This document shows, in pieces, positions 44,306 to 55,022 of a DNA stretch of 64,000 nucleotides. The position numbers and the translations under genes were made by a program. Below the pieces are notes generated by a model. That model was not told where the DNA came from. It was given only the letters and a program-made list of their open reading frames with translations, and made no database searches. Position 1 is the first letter of the stretch, and the number at the start of each line of letters is the position of its first letter. The DNA is from an uncultured Oscillospiraceae bacterium (GTDB lineage: Bacteria > Bacillota > Clostridia > Oscillospirales > Oscillospiraceae): the NCBI GenBank assembly GCA_964617335.1, contig CAZTXG010000002.1, positions 15,912-79,911 on the forward strand, read 5' to 3'.

Positions 44306-45570
44306 ATGGTTTCTACCTCCTTGGGGTGGCTTATATGCCCTGTAATGGCGGAAGCGGCTGCAACGGCGGGGGAGGCAAGATAAACCTCGCTTTCCGTGTG
44401 ACCCATGCGCCCTACAAAGTTGCGGTTTGTGGTGGACACACAGCGCTCGCCGGAAGCCAAAATGCCCATGTGGCCGCCGAGGCAAGGCCCGCAGGTGGGG
44501 GTGGAAACTATGCAGCCGGCTTCCATAAAGATTTTTGTGTAGCCCCTGTCAATACATTCCATATAAATTTTTGGGGTGGCGGGGATAACAATGGCACGCA
44601 GCCCCTTTTTTATGCGCCTGCTCTTTAAAATCTCTGCCGCTGCTGCCATATCCTCTATGTTGCCGTTGGTGCAGCTTCCTATAACTACCTGGTCGATTTC
44701 AATGTCTGTGCCCTCACTTGCCGGATGGGTATTTTCCGGAAGATGGGGGTATGAAACTGTGCAGGGAACGGAAGCTAGGTCAATGTCTATAACCCTGTCG
44801 TAAGAGGCATCAGAGTCAGCGCTGAAAGCCTGCCACTTGCGGTCACAGCGGCCCTTCATATACTCAATTGTTATTTCGTCCACAGGGAAAATGCCGTTTT
44901 TTGCCCCTGCTTCTATTGCCATGTTTGATATTGTAAGTCTGTCGCTCATGGTAAGGTTTTTAAGCCCCTCACCGGAAAACTCCAGAGATTTATAAAGAGC
45001 GCCGTCTACGCCTATCATACCGATAAGGTGGAGGATAACATCTTTGCCGCTGACGTACTTTTCCATTTTCCCCGTGAGGTTCACTTTTATGGCAGAGGGC
45101 ACCTTAAACCAGCCTTCCCCCGTTGCCATGGCAGCTGCCATGTCCGTTGAGCCGACTCCCGTGGAAAAAGCACCCAAAGCGCCATAGGTACAGGTGTGGC
45201 TGTCTGCTCCTATGGCTGTTTCCCCGGGAGCTATAAGTCCCTTTTCGGGTATAAGGGCGTGCTCTATGCCCATTTCACCCACATCATAAAAATGCTCTAG
45301 GTCAAAGCGCTTTGCAAAGCTGCGGCACTTTTTACAGCTTTCCGCCGACTTAATGTCTTTATTTGGGGCAAAGTGGTCCATAACAAGGGTTATACGGGAG
45401 TTTTTATCAACAGTTTCAAAGCCTGCCTTATTAAACTCGTTTATAGCCACAGGGCCGGTTATATCGTTTGCCAGCACAAGGTCAAGCCTTGCCTTTATAA
45501 GCTGACCTGCCTCCACATGGGAAAGACCTGCATGGGCAGCAAGTATTTTCTGTGTCATTGTCATTGCCAT
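44302..45570 (-). CDS. leuC: 3-isopropylmalate dehydratase large subunit
   Basis: Aconitase-family motifs ([20 protein letters not shown]). 422 aa. Confidence 0.95.
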   Translation of the reverse strand: MAMTMTQKILAAHAGLSHVEAGQLIKARLDLVLANDITGPVAINEFNKAGFETVDKNSRITLVMDHFAPNKDIKSAESCKKCRSFAKRFDLEHFYDVGEMGIEHALIPEKGLIAPGETAIGADSHTCTYGALGAFSTGVGSTDMAAAMATGEGWFKVPSAIKVNLTGKMEKYVSGKDVILHLIGMIGVDGALYKSLEFSGEGLKNLTMSDRLTISNMAIEAGAKNGIFPVDEITIEYMKGRCDRKWQAFSADSDASYDRVIDIDLASVPCTVSYPHLPENTHPASEGTDIEIDQVVIGSCTNGNIEDMAAAAEILKSRRIKKGLRAIVIPATPKIYMECIDRGYTKIFMEAGCIVSTPTCGPCLGGHMGILASGERCVSTTNRNFVGRMGHTESEVYLASPAVAAASAITGHISHPKEVETI

Positions 45571-45626
45571 TATAATTATTTCCTTTCAGACGTGCCGATT
45601 TTAGGCTGCCGGAAAAAGAGCCTAGG

Positions 45627-45646
45627 TTGTGTCAACACACCCTAAA
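45627..45646. repeat. second copy (inverted orientation) of the 20-mer TTTAGGGTGTGTTGACACAA
   Basis: The rc of 45627-45646 is identical to 28087-28106. It overlaps the leuA TAG stop codon (45642-45644) and runs into the leuA-leuC spacer. Confidence 0.6.
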
Positions 45647-47147
45647 TGCCGCCCACAATTTTGTTTATGCCGTTTACATAGGCACGGATGGAGGACTCTA
45701 TAATATCCGTGGACAGTCCGCAGCCGGTGTATAGGTTTTTGCCGGCTTTGAGCTTAACCACAGCCTCGCCCATGGCATCCTCGCCGTCGGTTACGGCATT
45801 TAGCCTAAAGTTATCAAGGAAAACATCCAAGCCTGTAATGCGGTCTATGGCCTTATAGGCAGCGTCTATGGGACCTGAGCCCATGGCGACTTCCTCGATA
45901 AGCTCGCCGCCTTTTTTAATCTTTATTGTGGCAACATTAGGCGTATCTGTCCCCGTTGTAACCATATGGCTAACAAGCTCATAGGTTTCGGAAACCCCAT
46001 GGGCATTAGATAGGGCAAGAGCTTCAATATCGCTGTCGGTAAGGCTTTTTTTCTTGTCGGCAAGGGCCTTGAAGCGATTGAATACCTCGTCAAGCTGCTC
46101 TTTTGTAAGCTCATAGCCCAGCTGGGAAAGGCGGTCACGCAGAGCGTGCTTTCCACTGTGCTTACCTAAAACCATGGTGTTTTGGGGTATGCCCACATCT
46201 GTGGACTTCATTATTTCATAGGTAAGAGCGTTTGCCAGAACTCCGTGCTGGTGGATACCTGACTCGTGGGCAAAGGCATTTGCCCCAACGATGGACTTGC
46301 TGGGGGAAACGGGAACACCGGTGATGGAGGAAAGCAGCTTACTGGATTTGTAAATTTGGCGGGTATCCACGCCGCACTCCATCTGGTAATACTCTCTGCG
46401 GGTTTTAAGAGCCATAACAATTTCCTCAAGGCTTGCGTTTCCGGCTCTTTCGCCTATGCCGTTAATGGTGCATTCCACCTGTGTTGCCCCTGCCTGCAGG
46501 CAGGCAAGGGAGTTTGCAACTCCCATGCCCAAATCGTCGTGGCAGTGGCAGGAAATATCCACAGTTTCAATGCCTTTTGTGTTTTCCCGAAGATAGCTTA
46601 TAAGCTCGAACATTTCCATGGGGGTGGAATAGCCAACGGTGTCGGGGATGTTTAAAACTGTGGCTCCTGCATTTATGGCGGTTTCGCAGCATTTGACCAA
46701 GAAATCCCTGTCGCTGCGGGAGGCATCTTCTGCGGAAAACTCTATATCCTCGCAAAAGGATTTTGCATAGGAAACGTGTTTTGTGATGCTCTCCAAAACC
46801 TGTTCACGGCTCATTTTAAGCTTAAACTCCATGTGTATGTCGCTTGTTGCAAGGAAGACGTGAATGCGCGGGTACTTCGCGCCTTTAACGGCATTCCAAG
46901 CGGCGTCAATGTCTCCCTGTGTGCAGCGGGCGAGACTTGCAACCTTACAGCGTTCTACGGTTTTGGAGATGGCTTCAACACTTTTAAAATCCTCCGGCGA
47001 GGCTATGGCAAAGCCTGCCTCTATAACATCAACACCCAGAGCGTCAAGCTGCCTTGCCATTTCCAGCTTTTCACTTAAATTCATGCTGCATCCGGGAGAT
47101 TGCTCACCGTCACGCAGGGTGGTGTCAAAGATTTTTATCTTCCTCAT
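45642..47147 (-). CDS. leuA: 2-isopropylmalate synthase
   Basis: MRKIKIFDTTLRDGEQSPG..., HCHDDLGMGVANSLA, and a C-terminal LeuA regulatory domain. 501 aa. Confidence 0.95.
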   Translation of the reverse strand: MRKIKIFDTTLRDGEQSPGCSMNLSEKLEMARQLDALGVDVIEAGFAIASPEDFKSVEAISKTVERCKVASLARCTQGDIDAAWNAVKGAKYPRIHVFLATSDIHMEFKLKMSREQVLESITKHVSYAKSFCEDIEFSAEDASRSDRDFLVKCCETAINAGATVLNIPDTVGYSTPMEMFELISYLRENTKGIETVDISCHCHDDLGMGVANSLACLQAGATQVECTINGIGERAGNASLEEIVMALKTRREYYQMECGVDTRQIYKSSKLLSSITGVPVSPSKSIVGANAFAHESGIHQHGVLANALTYEIMKSTDVGIPQNTMVLGKHSGKHALRDRLSQLGYELTKEQLDEVFNRFKALADKKKSLTDSDIEALALSNAHGVSETYELVSHMVTTGTDTPNVATIKIKKGGELIEEVAMGSGPIDAAYKAIDRITGLDVFLDNFRLNAVTDGEDAMGEAVVKLKAGKNLYTGCGLSTDIIESSIRAYVNGINKIVGGI

Positions 47148-47174
47148 ATTTTAAATTTAACCTCCTTTTAGATA

Positions 47175-47441
47175 ACAAAAAAAGCCCCAGTCTTCTACAT
47201 TTAGAAGACGAAGGCTTAAAAGCTTCCGCGGTACCACTTCAATTGACAGTAAACTGTCCGCTTTCAGCATCGAGTTCAATGCCGCCTCTTTGGTAACGGT
47301 GAGGAAATCCGGTGCGGCCTTGGGCGAAACCTTCAGCCGACTGCTCAAGGGTGAGTTCGCAAATGTCACGGCATACCGTCTTACACCAATGTAACGGCTC
47401 TCTTTGATGCCCTTGACCTGCTTTGTCCCTGTCGTCGCATT
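47175..47441 (-). promoter_or_regulatory. T-box leader (tRNA-Leu; specifier CUC) controlling leuABCD
   Basis: Minus-strand reading gives: a GA/K-turn region (GCGACGACAGGGA), AGAGAG, distal GGTGTAAG, specifier loop ...GCGAA-CUC-A closing onto CCCTTG/CAAGGG, T-box sequence AGTGGTACCGCGGAAG, then a terminator hairpin (GCCTTCGTCTTCT/AGAAGACTGGGGC) plus TTTTTTT. Confidence 0.85.
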
Positions 47442-47664
47442 TAAATTATTGTGCTAAAGCTAACACAGCCAAATAGCCTTTGTCAAGGGGAATTTGAATT
47501 TTTGTTGATATCGCCCATATACTAAGAATACAAGGAGCCGATTATCAGCTTCTTGTTAGGATAAAAGGAGAAAACAAAAGGTTTTTCGCCTATTTTGGGA
47601 AAAAGCACAATAGAATGAATATAAAAGCATAAGGAAGTTGAAGGAAATTTAGATAAACATACAG

Positions 47665-47694
47665 TTGACAATTTCTTTTTTATTGTTGTATGAT
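47665..47694 (+). promoter_or_regulatory. sigma-70-type promoter for the ilv T-box leader
   Basis: TTGACA (47665-47670), 18-nt spacer, TATGAT (47689-47694). Confidence 0.55.
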
Positions 47695-47715
47695 AGTTGC
47701 AATCAAATATCCAAA

Positions 47716-48005
47716 TGCTATGATGGGAACAAGTAGTTATAAGCCGGTCTAAAGAGAGCCGTTACATTGGTGAAAGACGGTGTCATGTCTTATTTACGAA
47801 AATCATCCCGGAGCAGTTTACTGAAAGGTTTTTTGCCTGTGTAAGTATAAACGGTTGCGCCCGTTACAGTGCCGAAGGTTAATAGACCTTCAGGAGTGGT
47901 TCTTTTTTCGGCAGTGCAGCGCCAAAAAAAGAGCAAGAAGAGTGGTACCGCAGAGGTTTTTGCCTTTGTCTCTTAAGTTATGCGTGAGAGACAGAGGCTT
48001 TTTGT
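47716..48005 (+). promoter_or_regulatory. T-box leader (probable tRNA-Ile; specifier AUC) controlling ilvBNCD
   Basis: TGCTATGATGGGAACAAGTA (GA motif/AGTA), AGAGAG, GGTGAAAG, specifier loop ...CGAAA-AUC-A closing onto TCCC/GGGA, T-box sequence AGAGTGGTACCGCAGAGG, then a terminator (GCCTTTGTCTCT/AGAGACAGAGGC) plus TTTTT. Confidence 0.8.
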
Positions 48006-48118
48006 ATATAAACACACATTACCGATTTAAAGCAGTAGAAGAAAACGCCAAAAAAATGACTTTAAGGAAGTACAAAGGGGCTGCCCATGCTTCCGTTAAA
48101 AAACAGGAGGAATGAGCT

Positions 48119-49783
48119 TTGAAACTGACAGGAGCGGAAATAATCACAGAGGTCCTCATCGAGCAGGGTGTTGAACATCTGTTCGGATACCCCGGCGGCG
48201 CTGCCATAAACATTTATGAGGCGCTGTACCACAGACAGGACAAAATTCACCACTACCTTACAGCCCATGAGCAGGGGGCAACCCACGCGGCAGACGGCTA
48301 TGCAAGAGCCACGGGAAAAACCGGAGTTGTACTTGCCACCAGCGGCCCCGGAGCCACAAACACCGTAACGGGCATTGCAACTGCCTATCTTGACAGTGTT
48401 CCCATGGTTGTTATTACTGCCAATGTGGGAACAGACCTTATTGGTAAAGACAGCTTTCAGGAGGTCTTTATAGCCGGTATAACCCAGCCTATAACAAAGC
48501 ACAACTATGCGGTGCGGGACATTACAAGGCTTGCCGACACCCTGCGGGATGCCTTTAAAATTGCCAACAGCGGCCGCTGCGGCCCTGTTTTGGTGGATGT
48601 CCCTAAGGATATAACAGGGGCAATGTGCGAATTTTCAAATGTATCGTGCAATGAATGCACTGCTTCACCGGTGCCTGAGGAAAAAGACCTTATAAAAATT
48701 GCCGAGCTTATTAAAAAGTCAAAGCGACCCACCATCTGCTTCGGCGGAGGACTTATAAGCAGCGGAGCAAGCGAGGAGTTTTGCAGCTTTATCGAAAAAA
48801 CCGGCATACCTGCCTGTCACACCATTATGGGAACGGGAGTTGTAGGTTTTGGAGACGAGCTTGACCTGGGCATAATCGGTATGCACGGCAGCATGACTGC
48901 AAACAGGGCCATAGACGAAACCGACCTTCTCATCGCCATGGGCACAAGATTTTCCGACCGTGTGGCCTTAAACCTTAAGGACTTTGCACCCCACGCAACC
49001 ATAGTCCACATTGACATTGACGAAAGTGAAATTCGCAAAAATGTTTCCATAGACCATGCCATAGTCGGGGATATAAAGCTTACCTTAGAGGCTCTTTTAC
49101 CCCATTTGGACGACACCCGCCATCCTGATTGGATTGAAACAATTAAAAAATGGCGGGCAGAGGACGAAACGGTGTATGAGGGAGACTTTAAAGGCTTGCG
49201 CCCCGGTGATATAATGGAGCTTATAGGCGAAAAGTTCGGGGAAAAGGCCATTGTTGCAACAGACGTAGGCCAGCACCAGATTTGGGCCGCGCAGTTTTGC
49301 AAAAAAACCCGTCCCCGGGGCTTTCTCACCAGCGGCGGCCTTGGAACCATGGGCTTTGGCTATGGTGCTGCAATAGGCGCTGCTGTGGGCTGCCCGGGCA
49401 CCACGGTTTTTCACATCACCAGCGACGGCAGCTTCCACATGAACATGAACGAGGCCTGCACCGCCGTTTCTAATAATCTTCCCGTTATAACGGTTATTTT
49501 TGACAATAAGGTTCTGGGCATGGTTCGTCAGTGGCAGACCAGTTTTTACAACAAGCATTATTTTGCCACCCAGCCTGAGCGGAAAACGGACTATGTAAAG
49601 GTTGCCGAGGGTTTTGGCGCCAGAGGCTATAAGGCGGAAACAAGACAGGAGTTTGAAAAAGCTCTGGAGCTTGCCGCCGCCGGCGAAGGTCCCTCTTGGA
49701 TTGTCTGCCCAATAGACAGGGAAGAAAGAGTTCTTCCCATGATACCTGCAGGCGGAACTGTGCGCAGCGCAATTTTGGAATAG
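48119..49783 (+). CDS. ilvB: acetolactate synthase (acetohydroxy-acid synthase) large subunit
   Basis: TTG start 8 nt after AGGAGG. ThDP-enzyme motifs (GYPGGA, GPGATN, GGLGTMGFGYGAAIGA...GDGSF). Confidence 0.95.
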   Translation: MKLTGAEIITEVLIEQGVEHLFGYPGGAAINIYEALYHRQDKIHHYLTAHEQGATHAADGYARATGKTGVVLATSGPGATNTVTGIATAYLDSVPMVVITANVGTDLIGKDSFQEVFIAGITQPITKHNYAVRDITRLADTLRDAFKIANSGRCGPVLVDVPKDITGAMCEFSNVSCNECTASPVPEEKDLIKIAELIKKSKRPTICFGGGLISSGASEEFCSFIEKTGIPACHTIMGTGVVGFGDELDLGIIGMHGSMTANRAIDETDLLIAMGTRFSDRVALNLKDFAPHATIVHIDIDESEIRKNVSIDHAIVGDIKLTLEALLPHLDDTRHPDWIETIKKWRAEDETVYEGDFKGLRPGDIMELIGEKFGEKAIVATDVGQHQIWAAQFCKKTRPRGFLTSGGLGTMGFGYGAAIGAAVGCPGTTVFHITSDGSFHMNMNEACTAVSNNLPVITVIFDNKVLGMVRQWQTSFYNKHYFATQPERKTDYVKVAEGFGARGYKAETRQEFEKALELAAAGEGPSWIVCPIDREERVLPMIPAGGTVRSAILE

Positions 49784-49798
49784 ATGGGAGGAAAGATA

Positions 49799-50320
49799 AT
49801 GGATAAAAAAGTTATAATCTCCATGCTTGTTGAAAACAACGCAAACGTTTTATCCCGTGTATCCATGCTTTTTGGACGGCGGGGCTATAATATCGATTCA
49901 CTCACCGTTTCCGAAACCAACGATCCTGCTATTTCCCGCATAACCATCTCTGCCGGCGGAGACGACAGGGTTATAGAACAAATTATTCTCCAGACAAAAA
50001 AGCTTGTTGAGGTTAAGGCTGTTCAGCTTCAAGATGAAAACAGCGCAATCCTCCGTGAGCTTCTTCTGGTTAAGATTTCGGCGGAGGAGTCTCAGCGTGC
50101 CGCCATCCGTGATATTTGCGAAATTTATAAGGCCAGCATTGTGGACTATTCCTCAGGCAGCATGGTATGCGAGCTTACGGGAAAGCCCTGCAAGATAGAC
50201 GGATTTTTGGACGTTGTGGAAAAGTACGGCATACTGGAGCTGTGCAGAACAGGGGTTACAGCCATTGATCGCGGCTCAAAAACCATGGAATGCACTGACA
50301 AAACAAGCCACAGGGCGTAA
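49799..50320 (+). CDS. ilvN: acetolactate synthase small (regulatory) subunit
   Basis: ATG at 49799, 7 nt after GGGAGG. ACT domain SMLVENNANVLSRVSMLFGRRGYNIDSLTV. Confidence 0.9.
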   Translation: MDKKVIISMLVENNANVLSRVSMLFGRRGYNIDSLTVSETNDPAISRITISAGGDDRVIEQIILQTKKLVEVKAVQLQDENSAILRELLLVKISAEESQRAAIRDICEIYKASIVDYSSGSMVCELTGKPCKIDGFLDVVEKYGILELCRTGVTAIDRGSKTMECTDKTSHRA

Positions 50321-50390
50321 AAGCTCTCCTTGGCAAAGTATCGGCAGGGCGAAATTTATCGCCTATTGAGATAATAATTTTATATTTTAA

Positions 50391-51407
<1,017 letters not shown>

Positions 51408-51452
51408 GGAAGCTGCCGAAGGGTTTCGGCAAGTTCCTGAAGGAGTATCAAT

Positions 51453-53111
51453 ATGAAAAGTGACAGTTGCAGAGCCGGTGTGTCCCAGGCCCCGCACAGA
51501 AGTCTTTTTAAGGCTCTGGGCATGACGAAGGCGGAGATGGAGCGGCCCATGGTGGGCATTGTAAGCTCCTATAACGAAATCGTCCCCGGACATATTAATC
51601 TTGATAAAATCACCGAAGCCGTGCGCACGGGAGTTTTGATGGCAGGGGGAACACCGGTGGTGTTCCCTGCCATTGCCGTTTGTGACGGTATCGCAATGGG
51701 ACATGAGGGCATGAAATATTCTCTTGTCACGAGAGACCTTATAGCCGACAGCACAGAATGCATGGCACAGGCCCACCAGTTTGACGCCCTTGTTATGATT
51801 CCAAACTGCGATAAAAATGTTCCGGGTCTGCTTATGGCGGCAGCAAGGATAAACGTGCCCACCATCTTTGTTTCCGGCGGGCCCATGCTTGCCGGAAGGT
51901 ATGAAAACAAGCGCAGCAGTCTGTCCTCAATGTTCGAGGCAGTGGGCGCCTATCACGCCGGAAAAATCGGCGAAGAAGAGCTTGAAGCCTATGAAAATTC
52001 CGCCTGTCCAACCTGCGGCTCCTGTTCAGGTATGTACACGGCAAACTCTATGAACTGCGTTACCGAGGCCTTGGGAATGGCTCTTGCAGGCAACGGCACA
52101 ATTCCTGCCGTTATGAGCGCAAGGCTGCGCCTTGCCAAGGAAGCAGGCATGAAGGTTATGGAGCTTTATGAAAAGGATATACGCCCACGGGACATTATGA
52201 CAAAGGCCGCCTTCCACAATGCCGAAATAGTCGATATGGCTCTTGGCTGCTCGACAAACACTATGCTCCACATTCCCGCCATTGCCCACGAGGCAGGGCT
52301 TGAACTTAACCTTCAAATGGCAAACGAATTTTCGGCGAAGACTCCAAATCTCTGCCACCTTGCGCCGGCGGGGGACACCTATATGGAGGATTTAGACAGG
52401 GCAGGCGGTGTCCACGCTGTTATGGCAGAGCTTAATAAACTAGGGCTTTTAGACATCTCCGTTATGACCTGCACGGGAAAAACTCTTGAGGAAAACCTTA
52501 GGGGGCATAAAAACCTTGATGAGGAAATTATCCGCTCTGTTGAAAATCCCTTTTCAAAAAACGGCGGCATAGCCGTACTTTTCGGAAATCTTGCCCCCGA
52601 AGGCTGCGTTGTAAAGCAGTCTGCCGTTGCCCCTGAAATGATGCGGCACGAGGGACCTGCAAGAGTATTTGACTGCGAGGACGATGCAATTGCAGCAATC
52701 ATCGCCGGAAAAATTGTTTCAGGAGACGTGGTTATCATCCGCTATGAAGGGCCAAAGGGCGGCCCCGGTATGAGGGAAATGCTAAACCCCACCTCTGCCA
52801 TTGCGGGCATGGGCCTTGACAAGGAAGTTGCCCTTATTACCGACGGGCGCTTTTCCGGCGCAACCCGTGGAGCGTCTATAGGTCATGTGTCGCCGGAGGC
52901 GGCGCTAGGCGGAACAATTGCCCTAGTTTGCGAGGGGGACACCATTGCAATAGACATACCGGCCTGTAAAATTGAGCTTATGGTGTCTGAAACTGAGCTT
53001 CAAGAGCGCCGTGAAAAGTGGGTCTGCCCCCAGCCGAAGATAAAAACCGGATATCTTGCCCGCTATTCCCGCATGGTTACAAGCGCGGCAAAGGGTGCGG
53101 TGCTGGAATAA
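51453..53111 (+). CDS. ilvD: dihydroxy-acid dehydratase
   Basis: [53 protein letters not shown]. Confidence 0.95.
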   Translation: MKSDSCRAGVSQAPHRSLFKALGMTKAEMERPMVGIVSSYNEIVPGHINLDKITEAVRTGVLMAGGTPVVFPAIAVCDGIAMGHEGMKYSLVTRDLIADSTECMAQAHQFDALVMIPNCDKNVPGLLMAAARINVPTIFVSGGPMLAGRYENKRSSLSSMFEAVGAYHAGKIGEEELEAYENSACPTCGSCSGMYTANSMNCVTEALGMALAGNGTIPAVMSARLRLAKEAGMKVMELYEKDIRPRDIMTKAAFHNAEIVDMALGCSTNTMLHIPAIAHEAGLELNLQMANEFSAKTPNLCHLAPAGDTYMEDLDRAGGVHAVMAELNKLGLLDISVMTCTGKTLEENLRGHKNLDEEIIRSVENPFSKNGGIAVLFGNLAPEGCVVKQSAVAPEMMRHEGPARVFDCEDDAIAAIIAGKIVSGDVVIIRYEGPKGGPGMREMLNPTSAIAGMGLDKEVALITDGRFSGATRGASIGHVSPEAALGGTIALVCEGDTIAIDIPACKIELMVSETELQERREKWVCPQPKIKTGYLARYSRMVTSAAKGAVLE

Positions 53112-53126
53112 AAAGGAGAAGAGACT

Positions 53127-53564
53127 GTGTTTCGTGATTTGCAGGAAGGGGATAAAGATGTCTTTTTATCCATGGTAAAGACCTTTTATTCCTCCGAAGC
53201 GGTTTCAAGCCCTGTGGAGCCAAAAAACTTTGAAACGACCTTCAAGGCCGCTATGGACAAATCTCCATTTATGCGGGCCTTGATGATTGAACACGAGGGT
53301 AAGCCTGTGGGCTACGGACTATTATCTTTCACCTACTCCAACGAGGCTGGGGGTATGGTCGTTCTGGCGGAGGAACTGTATATCGCCGAAGCCTATAGGG
53401 GAAAGGGTTACGGACAGGCTTTTTTCGCTTTTACAGAAAAGGAATACCCTGCGGCACGCCGCTTTCGCCTTGAGGTTATGAAAGGCAATAAAAAGGCCAT
53501 ACACCTGTATGAAAAGCTTGGCTACAAGCCCTTGGAATATAGGCAAATGATTAAAGATATTTAA
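53127..53564 (+). CDS. GNAT-family N-acetyltransferase
   Basis: 145 aa with a GTG start, 15 nt after ilvD. Acetyl-CoA motif YRGKGYGQAFF...NKKAIHLYEKLGY. Confidence 0.75.
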   Translation: MFRDLQEGDKDVFLSMVKTFYSSEAVSSPVEPKNFETTFKAAMDKSPFMRALMIEHEGKPVGYGLLSFTYSNEAGGMVVLAEELYIAEAYRGKGYGQAFFAFTEKEYPAARRFRLEVMKGNKKAIHLYEKLGYKPLEYRQMIKDI

Positions 53565-53609
53565 TAAAAAAGCTGCCCCTGCCGGCACAAAGGCCGTGGG
53601 CAGTTTTTT
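53565..53609 (+). terminator. rho-independent terminator ending the ilv operon
   Basis: CTGCCC (53573-53578) pairs with GGGCAG (53598-53603), with inner GCCGGC/GGCCG pairing. TTTTTT follows. Confidence 0.7.
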
Positions 53610-53710
53610 GCATAAAAGCAGAAATGTTGACATATAAGCCCTGTGTGATAAAATAGCTAAATACTGTAGAAACTGTAAGAAAAAGCTTTTAAAACTTGGA
53701 GGCGCGAAGA

Positions 53711-54160
53711 TTGGATGATAAAATTGAAACTATCCGCAGCCTTATTAAAAGGCATCGGGAGTTTATTATGTATGTTATTTTCGGCTTGCTGACAACCTTT
53801 ATAAACTGGCTTATATATAGCCTGTGTGTCAAAGCTTTGGGGCTTGATTTATATATCTCCGGTATAATCGCCTGGATAATTGTCGTTTCTGTGGCTTTTG
53901 TAACAAATAAAATTTGGGTTTTTAACAGTCGGGGCTGGAAAACTCTGCAGCTTATCCGTGAGGCTTTTACCTTTTTCGGCGGTCGGCTGCTCACCGGAGT
54001 TTTAGAGGTTGCTGCGGTTCCCGCCTTAGTGTCCTGGGGCTTTAACCAGACCCTTTTTGGAGTCGAAGGACTTCCCGCAAAGATTATTGTATCTATTGTA
54101 ATTGTGCTTTTAAACTATTTTATAAGTAAATTTCTATCCTTCGGCGGAAGAAAAAGCTAA
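53711..54160 (+). CDS. GtrA-family membrane protein
   Basis: In-frame TTG at 53711, 8 nt after GGAGG; the ATG at 53768 is an alternative start. Four TM segments and the pattern REFIMYVIFGLLTTFINWLIY...NKIWVF... typical of GtrA. Confidence 0.65.
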   Translation: MDDKIETIRSLIKRHREFIMYVIFGLLTTFINWLIYSLCVKALGLDLYISGIIAWIIVVSVAFVTNKIWVFNSRGWKTLQLIREAFTFFGGRLLTGVLEVAAVPALVSWGFNQTLFGVEGLPAKIIVSIVIVLLNYFISKFLSFGGRKS

Positions 54161-54242
54161 GGAAATATTTTTCGGCATTAAAAAAGGCAGCCGGTGAAGA
54201 TTCATCGCCTGTCTTTTCTTATTTTTAACTTTAAAATTTGAT

Positions 54243-55022
54243 CTATTTTGTAAGAGCCCTTTCTGCGGCGCATATTAAAAGTGCCAGCAGCTTTTCAAGG
54301 AGAAGAGATAAAAGCACCACCACAAGAGTGTATGCCAAAAGCTCTGCCGTTTCAAGAAAAAGCTTTGACTCATAAAGCTTTCCGCCTATGGAGCCTGAAG
54401 TTATTCCTATGACCTCGGCGGAAATACCTGCCTTCCAAGCAAGACCCATGCCCACCTGACAGGCGCTTTTAAGATGGGGCGTCACATAGGGCAGGTATAT
54501 AAAACGAAAGCGGTCACGCCTTAGCATACCGAAAACCTCGGCGGCCTCAAAGCGCTCTTTGTCAACACTTTTCATGCCGGATAAAAGTGAGGTGTAGAAA
54601 ACCGGAAAAACCATAAGAAAGGAAATTAAGGCAGAAAGGTTTTTTGAGCCAACGGCAAGCAGGGCCAGAACCACAAAGGATGCAACAGGAGCGGCCTTCA
54701 CAGCTCCCATAAAGGGACTGAAAAAAGTTTCTAAAAAAGAAAGCTTATAGGCAATAACAGAAAGCAGTGAACCAAAAACAGCAGCGGCAAAAAATCCTGT
54801 GAGGATGCGAAGCAAGGAATATAGCACAGTGTTATAAAATTGTGCATTTTGCAAAAGCCCCCAAAGACTTTTTAAAACGGAGATGGGCGAGGCTAAAAAA
54901 AGCTCCTGCCCTATGAGAGCTGAGGAAAGCTGCCAAGCGGCAAGCCATATAAGAGCGCTTGCCGCTGTGGTAGCTATTTTCTTTTTTCTTTTAGAATCAA
55001 GTGCCATAGTAGAAGCTGTCAT
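54243..55022 (-). CDS. ABC transporter permease (NitT/TauT/SsuC-type binding-protein-dependent)
   Basis: 259 aa, 6 TM. EAA-like loop (SLLSGMKSVDKERFEAAEVFGMLR). Overlaps the end of the upstream SBP gene. Confidence 0.8.
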   Translation of the reverse strand: MTASTMALDSKRKKKIATTAASALIWLAAWQLSSALIGQELFLASPISVLKSLWGLLQNAQFYNTVLYSLLRILTGFFAAAVFGSLLSVIAYKLSFLETFFSPFMGAVKAAPVASFVVLALLAVGSKNLSALISFLMVFPVFYTSLLSGMKSVDKERFEAAEVFGMLRRDRFRFIYLPYVTPHLKSACQVGMGLAWKAGISAEVIGITSGSIGGKLYESKLFLETAELLAYTLVVVLLSLLLEKLLALLICAAERALTK

